Source: a virus (Duplodnaviria; Caudoviricetes). Taken from it: DNA of 64,000 bases. Position 1 is the first letter of the stretch, and the number at the start of each line of letters is the position of its first letter. The notes under the pieces were generated by a model. That model was given only the letters and a program-made list of their open reading frames with translations, did no database searches and was not told the origin of the DNA. The position numbers were made by a program, and so were the translations under genes. This document shows positions 27,800-35,070 of this stretch, piece after piece. The stretch lies in the IMG/VR virus record IMGVR_UViG_2912464834_000002; one strand, given 5' to 3'.

Positions 27800-28858
27800 T
27801 TAGTCGGCGCTGATCGGCCCGCGTGCGCGGCGCGGCGCACCGGCTCGCGGCTGTTGCTGAGCCTGTTCGGCAGCCGCGGTGATGGCACGCATGCGCGCCG
27901 ATGCCGCCGCGTTCAGGTCCGCCTTCGCGGCCTCGTCCGGCACACCGGCGATCGCGCTGCGCGCGAGGTCGAGGTCCTCGGCAGTCGCCGCGGACTCGAT
28001 GTCCTCGCGAATGCCGCGCACCAGGCCGTCGACGTCGAACTCAAACCCGCCTTGGCTCTGGCCGGCCTCGCCGCGAGGCTCGTCCTGGTCGTCGACCCGA
28101 TCGGCTCGGGTAGCTGCCGGTGGCGCGTCGGCCGCGCGCGAGTCCGTCGCGGGACCGGTCTGCGCCGGCTCGGCGCCGCGCGGTACTTCCTCCGCAGGTT
28201 GCGCGCGGCCGTTGCGCAGCTCTTCGAGCGTACTAGTCACTGCAACCGAGCCGTCGGCTCGCACTTCGACGGTATCGATCAGTTCTTCCTGTGACGAAAG
28301 TCCCATGCTGATCTCGGGGGCGTAGGCCCGCTGCCAGAACGCGGCCGAGCGATACACGAACATCTGGTCGGGCATCGTGAGCCACTTACTGCCGCTCTTC
28401 TTGTTCCAGCCTTCAGCCTTGACCATCTTCCAGTCGATCCAGGTGCCGTTCAGGCGCTCGCCAGTCGACTTCTCGATCGTCCATGCCCGACAGCCGAAGT
28501 CGTCACTGCCTTCGGTGCCGCGCCATTCGTAGCGCAGCGTCTCGAACCGGCCGCATGTGTTCACGCTGGCGATCAGGAACTTGCTCGACCAGCCGGGGTT
28601 GCCGTGGACGATGTATAGGTTCTGCATGACCATCAGCTCGTCGGCGCCGAGGCGGCGCGCGAGATTCAGCGCGATCATGCAGTTCGCGACGTTGTTCTGG
28701 TAGTGAGCGGGGACCAGCGACGAAGACGCGAAAGCCTTGGCGACGCGCTGCAACAGCTCGAAGCCTTGAAGATCGAAGAAGCCCGCGCGAACAGGCGGCA
28801 GCGATGCCTCGCGCGGCGCGGGATTGCGGATAGCTTCCAGGGTGGTAGGCGTGGACAT
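27800..28858 (-). CDS. RecT-like single-strand annealing protein
   Basis: LVP..YQ....NC.IAL, VMQNLY.VHG.PGWSS, W..MPDQM..YR...FW.R; start re-called. Confidence 0.7.
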   Translation of the reverse strand: MSTPTTLEAIRNPAPREASLPPVRAGFFDLQGFELLQRVAKAFASSSLVPAHYQNNVANCMIALNLARRLGADELMVMQNLYIVHGNPGWSSKFLIASVNTCGRFETLRYEWRGTEGSDDFGCRAWTIEKSTGERLNGTWIDWKMVKAEGWNKKSGSKWLTMPDQMFVYRSAAFWQRAYAPEISMGLSSQEELIDTVEVRADGSVAVTSTLEELRNGRAQPAEEVPRGAEPAQTGPATDSRAADAPPAATRADRVDDQDEPRGEAGQSQGGFEFDVDGLVRGIREDIESAATAEDLDLARSAIAGVPDEAAKADLNAAASARMRAITAAAEQAQQQPRAGAPRRARGPISAD

Positions 28859-28872
28859 GGAGATCTCGCGGG

Positions 28873-29682
28873 TTAATCGTGGAACTGGCAGGTGCCGTGG
28901 CGCGGGCAGTACTTCTTGTCGCACAGCAGCGATTTCGGGTTAGGGTAGAAGCGGCCGGACCGGAACATGTCCGCGGCGAACTGGATCAGCCCCGGCGTTT
29001 CCTCGGTGCCGACCATCACGCGCTTCGAGTTCGCGATCGGCGCGGTCGCGACTTCTGGCGTGCCCTTCGTTTTCAGGCCGATGATCTCGGCGGTGTCGCC
29101 GATTTCCTCGCCGGTCGTGTGCTCGTACAGCAGCTCGTATGTGCCGATCTGCGGGCCGTGCCCCTTCGTGACGGCCGCGCCTTTCTGGACTGCGGACGAT
29201 CCGCTCTTCAGGTCCGCGATGCCGACGCCGGCCGCCGAGCGGCGCACGCGCGCGCGATCCATCGTGCCTGTCAGGCGCACGATGACGCCGCCGCCGCAGT
29301 CGATTTCGAGCGGCTTCGTTTCCATCTCGACCGCGACGAAGTTGTAGCGCGGCGCGACCTCGAGGCAGTACTTCGTGGTCAGCGACAGGCCGATGCGTTC
29401 CGCGTCGGACATGCTCAGGTCGTCGCGCTCCGGATCGAACTCGTTCTCGGGGTCGCGCAGCTTGTCGACGAACGCGCCGGCCGCATCGTCGACGGTCAAG
29501 CCCGAGCCATCGAGCCGCGCCTGGTCGAACACGGCCGTGCCAGCGTGAATCGCGGTGCCGAGCGCGGCACGCAGGCCGACCACGTTGCGCATATTCAGGA
29601 GGTGGATGCCCTCCCAGCGGTATGCGCAGTCGAAGAGTGCGCCCCAGCTGGACGCGCGGACGGTGTAGACGGATGGGTTCAT
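28873..29682 (-). CDS. PD-(D/E)XK exonuclease (RecB/Cas4-like)
   Basis: GTAIH, GTMD, DLKSG, Q..TY; one N-terminal Cys plus C-terminal CDKKYCPRHGTC. Confidence 0.85.
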   Translation of the reverse strand: MNPSVYTVRASSWGALFDCAYRWEGIHLLNMRNVVGLRAALGTAIHAGTAVFDQARLDGSGLTVDDAAGAFVDKLRDPENEFDPERDDLSMSDAERIGLSLTTKYCLEVAPRYNFVAVEMETKPLEIDCGGGVIVRLTGTMDRARVRRSAAGVGIADLKSGSSAVQKGAAVTKGHGPQIGTYELLYEHTTGEEIGDTAEIIGLKTKGTPEVATAPIANSKRVMVGTEETPGLIQFAADMFRSGRFYPNPKSLLCDKKYCPRHGTCQFHD

Positions 29683-29846
29683 CAGGTTCTCACGAGGTTG
29701 GCGACGGCGCTGGTGCCATCGGCATTGAGGGCGGCGACGGCATACATGCACGCGGCGGCGATCAAGCTCGCGACGATGTAGCTGACGACTGGACTGCGCG
29801 CGTGGATGCGTTCGAGCAGCGCGCCGAGGAAATCGAAGGGAGTCAT
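29682..29846 (-). CDS. Small membrane protein
   Basis: 54 aa MTPFDFLGAL..., one TM segment; coupled overlaps. Confidence 0.55.
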   Translation of the reverse strand: MTPFDFLGALLERIHARSPVVSYIVASLIAAACMYAVAALNADGTSAVANLVRT

Positions 29847-30028
29847 CCGAGGCTCCGCAGGTAGGGGCCGGCGACCAGCGAGCCGTACCAGAGGGCCGCG
29901 ATCGCGACGCCGTAGGCGGCCATCCATGCGCCGGCCTCGGCAGCGCGGCGCAGGCGCGGCGCGCGCGCGGCGACGCGCAGTAGCGCGTTGTCGGTCGGCG
30001 CACGAGGAAGCGTGAGCGTGCGCATCAC
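29843..30028 (-). CDS. Small membrane protein
   Basis: 61 aa with hydrophobic C-terminal half. Confidence 0.55.
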   Translation of the reverse strand: MMRTLTLPRAPTDNALLRVAARAPRLRRAAEAGAWMAAYGVAIAALWYGSLVAGPYLRSLG

Positions 30029-30354
30029 AGACCCTCTCCGCAGACGCGCACGTGCCGCACGGGGTCAGCGACCGGGACAGGTGCCGAGTAACCGGCCTTG
30101 CCGAGCGCGGCGTCGACGACGGCACGGATGCCGGACGTGAGCACCGTTTTTGAGGCGACGAGTCGCAGCGCCGTGACGATGTCAGGCGCCGCTGCGATCA
30201 GCTGCGCGCGCGCCTCAGATTGTTCGCCCGTGCCGAGCACGATGCAGATTCGTTCGTCTTCGCCGAGCACGACGATGCAGTTGCCGTCGTAGTCGAGGTA
30301 ATCGCCGGGTTCGCACGCTTCCCACGGCCCTTGCGGATGGTTGGTCTGTCCCAT
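30025..30354 (-). CDS. Hypothetical phage early protein
   Basis: H..GPW...ARAQLIAAAPD motif common in phage early genes. Confidence 0.7.
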   Translation of the reverse strand: MGQTNHPQGPWEACEPGDYLDYDGNCIVVLGEDERICIVLGTGEQSEARAQLIAAAPDIVTALRLVASKTVLTSGIRAVVDAALGKAGYSAPVPVADPVRHVRVCGEGL

Positions 30355-30379
30355 GTGGTCTCTCGGTGTGGTGTGCGGC

Positions 30380-30487
30380 TCAGCCGCGGTGGTGGTCGTC
30401 TCGGCCCTTGTCCTTGATCGCGATGGCGATTTCGACGACGAGCCAGAAAGCGAGCAGCGCGAGCGCGCCGATAACGAAGCGGGCCAT
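30380..30487 (-). CDS. 35-aa single-TM peptide (not in ORF track)
   Basis: MARFVIGALALLAFWLVVEIAIAIKDKGRDDHHRG; starts 1 nt after the upstream stop. Confidence 0.5.
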   Translation of the reverse strand: MARFVIGALALLAFWLVVEIAIAIKDKGRDDHHRG

Positions 30488-30488
30488 G

Positions 30489-30914
30489 TCAGATCCCGCT
30501 CAAGAGGCGCAGGCCGGCCGCGCCGTGGTCTGCGCAGTGGCTGACGCCAGCGTTGCCGGGACCGAGTTCCGCGCCGCATGCTGAGCAGGTCGTCTGCGCG
30601 AAGCGCGGTGCGGCGGCGGCGAGGTCGGCGGCGGCGATACGACGCGCGATCTCGGCGGCGCGCGCGGCGACGAGGATGCCCCAGACCGTGTACACGTCCT
30701 CGATGCGGCCGCGTGCCAGCGCAGCGTCGATCACCGCGCAGTCGGTCGTCGAGATCTCGAGCCTGTCGAATGTGACGCCGTCGGCGATTTCTTCGTTGCG
30801 CTCGTCGCGCGCCAGCGCCGCATCGTCGGCCGCCGCTTGTTGTCGATCGGCGCTCGCATCCTTCCGTGCCGGGAGGGTGCGGACGCTTCCGCCCGTGGAG
30901 TTGTTCAGATGCAT
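30489..30914 (-). CDS. Hypothetical protein with C-terminal CxxC..HCxxH motif
   Basis: CSACG...SHCADH; GGAGG RBS. Confidence 0.65.
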   Translation of the reverse strand: MHLNNSTGGSVRTLPARKDASADRQQAAADDAALARDERNEEIADGVTFDRLEISTTDCAVIDAALARGRIEDVYTVWGILVAARAAEIARRIAAADLAAAAPRFAQTTCSACGAELGPGNAGVSHCADHGAAGLRLLSGI

Positions 30915-30947
30915 CGCACCCTCCATGCAGTTGAAATGGACGAAGGG

Positions 30948-31328
30948 TTAAATCGACAATCTGCGGACGGCTCGGGCGCGCAACTCGTCGTCCTGGCGGT
31001 AGCCGTCCTGGTAGCCAAGGTCGAAGTACTGGCACCACGCCCAGCCGGCGTAGCCCGGGTCCGTGTCGGGTTGGTTCGACCAGTAGGCGTCCGGCTCGAA
31101 CTCGCCGCGATGGTTTTCCAGCAGGAAGAGCATCTCGATGCGCGTCGGCAGGTCGCCGCCGATCGACTTCGCCCACTCCATCTGCGCCTGCCAGCTGGCG
31201 TCGTCGTTGTCGCCCGGAAGGAGCACGACGTGATTCTGTTCGCCGGCCGTGTTGGTGACGATGCCGACGTAGATCTCGCCCTCGGCGAGCTGCGGAACGG
31301 AAACAGCGGTGGGGGTGGGCGCGTTCAT
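30948..31328 (-). CDS. DGR target 3 (remote), DUF1566/CLec-like protein
   Basis: 126-aa paralog of target 2, with C-terminal VR. Confidence 0.9.
   Translation of the reverse strand: MNAPTPTAVSVPQLAEGEIYVGIVTNTAGEQNHVVLLPGDNDDASWQAQMEWAKSIGGDLPTRIEMLFLLENHRGEFEPDAYWSNQPDTDPGYAGWAWCQYFDLGYQDGYRQDDELRARAVRRLSI
30959..31048 (-). repeat. Variable repeat VR3
   Basis: 13 mismatches to TR over 90 nt, all at TR adenines. Confidence 0.95.
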
Positions 31329-31658
31329 AGAAACTCCAGAAAGGAAGAACTACTAAGTAAATTGAAGTGTGAAACGGCAAACGGTGCTTGCTGCTGCAGC
31401 TCTCACCGGTGGCGCCTCGAAGAACGAACCGCCGCCGGTCAGAACTGCTTTCACTCGCGCGCCCGGCTACTCCCGGCCGTGCCGGCTCCGGGCCGCGCGA
31501 GGTTGTGTGCCGATTACCACGCCATCGGTCACGTGTTGCTGGCTGTCTTGCATCAGGCTCACTCGGCGCACAGCGGTCTTCCGCTAAGTCCGTCCTGACT
31601 CACGACGCTGATCGCGCCGGCCGGTTGCTCCGCAGAAGCGGTCCCGGCTTACCTTCGA

Positions 31659-31671
31659 TTGTTAGAGAGCG
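31659..31671 (-). promoter_or_regulatory. boxA-like antitermination site
   Basis: Minus strand CGCTCTCTAACAA versus boxA GCTCTTTAACA; about 45 nt downstream of PL. Confidence 0.6.
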
Positions 31672-31718
31672 ATCCGCCTGGGCGGTGGCGCAGCGCGTTG
31701 TGTGCTGCGTTGGGAAGG

Positions 31719-31763
31719 ACTTTAGCGAAACGCGAAAGTTGTGTCTATAGCGAAACGCGAAAG
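31719..31763 (-). promoter_or_regulatory. PL promoter with two operators
   Basis: TAGACA-17-TAAAGT on minus strand; operators CTTTAGCGAAACGCGAAAG (31720) and CTATAGCGAAACGCGAAAG (31745). Confidence 0.8.
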
Positions 31764-31826
31764 TTTTGAGGAAAATTTGTAACAGCCTTGCTGGTTGCGG
31801 TTTTCCCGCATGTCTGCTGACGACAG

Positions 31827-31873
31827 TTGAAAGGTCGTCGAGTCTGGAGATAAACTACTGTACATGCATACAG
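31827..31873 (+). promoter_or_regulatory. Promoter with LexA box
   Basis: TTGAAA-18-TAAACT, then CTGTACATGCATACAG (31858-31873). Confidence 0.7.
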
Positions 31874-31903
31874 TGTTTGTGACGGAGAAAAGCGAGGTCG
31901 GGG

Positions 31904-32194
31904 ATGAGTCGAGAGGCGAGCGGGATGAAGCTGCGGTGCAGGGCAGGCGATACGGCGAGGGTGGTGCACTCGTCGAATGCATCCCTCATCGATAGGATTG
32001 TCACGGTCGTGCAAATGCACGAAGACGGCCGGTGGGAATGTGAGCTTATCGGCCGATCCGTGTTGGGATGTGCGGATGACGGGGAAGGACTGATTTTGAC
32101 CCGAGATTGGCTGTTCTCGGATGCGTATCTCGAGCCGCGGCTCGACGCGCGGGACGCAACGTCAGTTCCCTTTGCCGAACCGCTTCTTTGCTGA
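31904..32194 (+). CDS. LexA-controlled small protein (antirepressor candidate)
   Basis: 96 aa downstream of the SOS box, convergent with the repressor; function inferred. Confidence 0.55.
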   Translation: MSREASGMKLRCRAGDTARVVHSSNASLIDRIVTVVQMHEDGRWECELIGRSVLGCADDGEGLILTRDWLFSDAYLEPRLDARDATSVPFAEPLLC

Positions 32195-32560
32195 TTGCGC
32201 GTCGTCAGCGGACGTAGGCTGCGTCAAAACCCATCCAATGAACGATTCCACCTGCGCCCGCTGAGCTGGATTCAATTTCCCCCAGCCGGCTGGCACATCA
32301 GCAGGGATCGTGGCCGACGTTGTCACAGAATGGTCTGTATCGATCCAACCTACGGCTTTTCCGAGGTTGTCTTCAATTTTCCGGGCGGTCGCAGCGCGCA
32401 TGCCCCGCGGCCGGCCGGTCTTTGAATCCTTGGCGCCGTCTCGCAAGTTCGTGAACTGGGAATGAGACATCCCGCAAGCTGCCGCAGCAGCTGACGGTCC
32501 TCCGTACTCGGCCTCGATAAGCCGGAGGTTGTCCCGGCGGATTTCGTCGATGTCCTTCAT
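32162..32560 (-). CDS. CI-like repressor lacking a peptidase domain
   Basis: IRRDNLR.L, HTH, ARKIE..LG...GW.D; 132 aa; divergent from cro. Confidence 0.8.
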   Translation of the reverse strand: MKDIDEIRRDNLRLIEAEYGGPSAAAAACGMSHSQFTNLRDGAKDSKTGRPRGMRAATARKIEDNLGKAVGWIDTDHSVTTSATIPADVPAGWGKLNPAQRAQVESFIGWVLTQPTSADDAQSAKKRFGKGN

Positions 32561-32570
32561 ATATGGAATT

Positions 32571-32639
32571 CAATAGCAAAACGCTAAAGGCGTATATGCG
32601 CGAAACGCTATAGACTTTCCTTTCGCGTTTCGCTAAAGT
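32571..32639 (+). promoter_or_regulatory. OR operators (three) and PR promoter
   Basis: 19-bp sites at 32571, 32595 and 32620 (consensus CTTTAGCG-AAA-CGCTAAAG); TAGACT-17-TAAAGT at 32611-32639. Confidence 0.8.
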
Positions 32640-32644
32640 TCGGC

Positions 32645-32899
32645 ATGGACCTGAAAACCTACCTCTCCGCCGAGCGCGGGCGACTTGTCGCACTCAGCCG
32701 GGCGATTGGCGCTCATGCGTCAGACGTCAGTCGCTGGTCGAGCGGCGAGCGCCCCATCCCGATCACGTTCGGCTTGCCGATCGAGCGGGAGACTCATGGT
32801 CTCGTGACGAGGCTCGAAATGTTTCCGAGGCAGGTCATCGAACGTGTCTGGCCCGACCTGATTGAGCAGGCCAAAAAGCGACCGAAGGAGGCGAAGTGA
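32645..32899 (+). CDS. Cro/YdaS-like regulator
   Basis: LSRAIG....VSRW..G.RPIP.....IERET.G.VTR..WPDL. Confidence 0.85.
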   Translation: MDLKTYLSAERGRLVALSRAIGAHASDVSRWSSGERPIPITFGLPIERETHGLVTRLEMFPRQVIERVWPDLIEQAKKRPKEAK

Positions 32900-33123
32900 A
32901 GAAGACCCGCGTTTTCAAGCCGGTTCGCGTCGAGCGGAAACCGTCCTCCCGCTGGCTCGCGCGCCCGAGCGTCGAGCGCGAGAAGTGGTGGCGGTTCGCC
33001 GAGGACAGCTTTGCCAGGGTGAAGGCGCTCCATGAACGGCCGTATCCCGAAGGCGCTGAGCCGAACGCATTCAACGCCTTCGGGCAGCCGGTCAATGAAC
33101 GCACCGATACCAAGGAGGCGTGA
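32896..33123 (+). CDS. Hypothetical protein
   Basis: GTGA-coupled to cro, AAGGAGG RBS. Confidence 0.55.
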   Translation: MKKTRVFKPVRVERKPSSRWLARPSVEREKWWRFAEDSFARVKALHERPYPEGAEPNAFNAFGQPVNERTDTKEA

Positions 33124-33413
33124 TGCCGCATGCCTTTCAGCTGCAGATCCACTTCGAAACAGCACAGATCGAATCCCGGCTGACCGAGCTGTCAGAACTT
33201 CTTCAACGCCTTCCGGAGCGCGTCGCCGATGGCATCCGAAAACGCATCGCCGATCTTCCTGACCAGCTCGTCGATTTCGCCCTTAGTGAAGGTCTTCGAA
33301 CAGCCGGCGCAGGTCGCTGCGATGTTCGGGTCTGCTCCATCCGGCTGTTCTCCCCCGTGCTCGATGAATTGTGTGCCGCCGCACGCGGGGCAGCGGATTT
33401 GAACGGTTCCTAA
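33120..33413 (+). CDS. Hypothetical protein
   Basis: AAGGAGG RBS, coupled; overlaps an antisense ORF. Confidence 0.45.
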   Translation: MMPHAFQLQIHFETAQIESRLTELSELLQRLPERVADGIRKRIADLPDQLVDFALSEGLRTAGAGRCDVRVCSIRLFSPVLDELCAAARGAADLNGS

Positions 33414-33428
33414 GTTGTGTGTGGTCAT
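33192..33428 (-). CDS. Small zinc-ribbon protein (antisense)
   Basis: CPACG...CAGC plus amphipathic C-terminal helix. Confidence 0.55.
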   Translation of the reverse strand: MTTHNLGTVQIRCPACGGTQFIEHGGEQPDGADPNIAATCAGCSKTFTKGEIDELVRKIGDAFSDAIGDALRKALKKF

Positions 33429-33524
33429 GCGAACCCCGTTGTGAGTGGGTTGGGGAAGTAGAGAGCTTCGATTCTCGCATAGCGGTGGTTCGCATCTTTT
33501 TCAATAAAAATCGGGGCTATCGTC

Positions 33525-33749
33525 ATGTCAAGACGCGCCGAATTTCGAAACGAAGTAAAAACGCGGCTGCGTGATCGCGTGTACGACGCGCTCCAGTTCT
33601 ACAAGCAGCTGCACGGCATCGATTCCGACTCCGCCGCGCTCAACCGCATCGCGGAAGTGGCGCTGTTTGGCGTTGTGGGTACTTTGCCCGTACAGCTCGC
33701 GGGCGTCAGTGCCGATGTGGGACAGACTGGCCCGCAGGTGAATGCATGA
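33525..33749 (+). CDS. Small DNA-binding protein (CII position)
   Basis: 74 aa, EVKTRL..RVYDAL; ribbon-helix-helix-like. Confidence 0.55.
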   Translation: MSRRAEFRNEVKTRLRDRVYDALQFYKQLHGIDSDSAALNRIAEVALFGVVGTLPVQLAGVSADVGQTGPQVNA

Positions 33750-33958
33750 CAGGTCGCCGCGTGGAGCAGGCGGTCCTGCTGCCAGTGGCCGAAGCAGCTG
33801 ATCTGGCAATGCGAGCGGCGGCGGAGGGCATCCCCGTTACCGATTTCCTGGGAATTCAGGTGCTACGCGGCGCGTACGGCGCCATGCACCCGCTCGTCAT
33901 CGAGTTCGAGAAGCGGCCCAAAGCGGCCCAATCTGGGACCGATGGTGAGGAGCAATAG
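33746..33958 (+). CDS. Hypothetical protein
   Basis: 70 aa, coupled. Confidence 0.55.
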   Translation: MTGRRVEQAVLLPVAEAADLAMRAAAEGIPVTDFLGIQVLRGAYGAMHPLVIEFEKRPKAAQSGTDGEEQ

Positions 33959-33960
33959 CC

Positions 33961-35070
33961 GTGAACGACCTCCCGAATCCTCTCACCGCAGTCGACTGCG
34001 ACCTGCGCGATTTCGCGTTCATGCCGCTCGACGTCGTGCGCCTGCGTGACAGCGACATCGCGGCGTTGTCGACCGCAGATGAGTTCCGCTCCGCAGTGCT
34101 GCTCTGGTGCGCCGCGTGGCACCAGGTGCCCGCTGCGTCTCTTCCGGACGACGATCGCGTGCTCGCGCAGCTAGCCGGGTACGGCCGCGTCGTTGCCGAA
34201 TGGAAGAAAGTGCGCGACGGCGCGCTGCGCGGCTGGGTGAAGTGCGCGGACGGCCGGCTGTATCACCCCGTGGTCGCCGAGAAGGCGCGCGATGCGTGGG
34301 CCGCGAAGCACGAGCAGCGCTACAAGACGGAGTGTGCTCGCATCAAAAAGCACAACCAGCGTCACGAAATCCAGATCGAATTTCCCTCGTTCGAAGAGTT
34401 CTTGTCCCCCGAATATCGCGATCCTGTCCCGAGGGACAAACAGAAGTTGTCCCCGGGGACAGGCGGCAAGCGTCCCCCGGGACAAACAGGGGGTGTCCCC
34501 CAAACCGTCCCCGGGGAAACAGCTTCCAAGGGACAGGGAGAGGGAGAAGTAAACCTAAAAGCAAGCGGCGGCGGCACAGCACAGGCAGTAGCGGACGATG
34601 CGCAGAACGCCGCCGCCGCGTTCGTCGAGATCCTTCGCTCGAGTGGCGTCGGCTTTGCCGCCGACGACGAGCGTGTGCGCAGCTGGCCGTCGCTCGGCGC
34701 GACGCCCATCGACCTGCGCACGGCGATCCAGGTCGGACTGCTGCGCCGGAAGCGCGAGGGCTCGACCCAGCCGCTGAACATCGGGCTGCTGAACTCGCTG
34801 CTGCCCGAGGCGATCGCGCAGCGCACCGGCCGCGCCGGTACCGCTTCGTCTGGCGCGGCTGCCGGCCCGTGGCATACGACCTGGCCCGGCATCGTCGCGC
34901 ACGGTCGCACGCTCGGCCTCGAGCAGGGCGAGCACGAGACGTGTCCCGATTTCAAGTTGCGAGTGCTGCGCGCCGCGGGCGATGGCCCGTGGTGGGACGA
35001 GCACAACCGCGCGTTTCGCAACAGCGCCGGCCCGGTCGCGGCTGGCTCGATCCTGGAGGCAGGGCGATGA
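33961..35070 (+). CDS. Replication initiator, DUF1376/YdaU-like
   Basis: FMPLDV.RLRDS, SLPDDD..LA.LAG, DGRLYHPVV; internal iterons. Confidence 0.82.
   Translation: MNDLPNPLTAVDCDLRDFAFMPLDVVRLRDSDIAALSTADEFRSAVLLWCAAWHQVPAASLPDDDRVLAQLAGYGRVVAEWKKVRDGALRGWVKCADGRLYHPVVAEKARDAWAAKHEQRYKTECARIKKHNQRHEIQIEFPSFEEFLSPEYRDPVPRDKQKLSPGTGGKRPPGQTGGVPQTVPGETASKGQGEGEVNLKASGGGTAQAVADDAQNAAAAFVEILRSSGVGFAADDERVRSWPSLGATPIDLRTAIQVGLLRRKREGSTQPLNIGLLNSLLPEAIAQRTGRAGTASSGAAAGPWHTTWPGIVAHGRTLGLEQGEHETCPDFKLRVLRAAGDGPWWDEHNRAFRNSAGPVAAGSILEAGR
34425..34519. repeat. Iteron-like palindromes (putative phage ori)
   Basis: YGTCCC-NN-GGGACA at 34425, 34448 and 34471 (23-bp period), with partial copies at 34494 and 34506. 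Confidence 0.75.

Noticed and set aside
28873-29682. Cas4-like nuclease as evidence of CRISPR-Cas
   Set aside because: No repeat-spacer array or other cas genes; the context is a phage recombination module.
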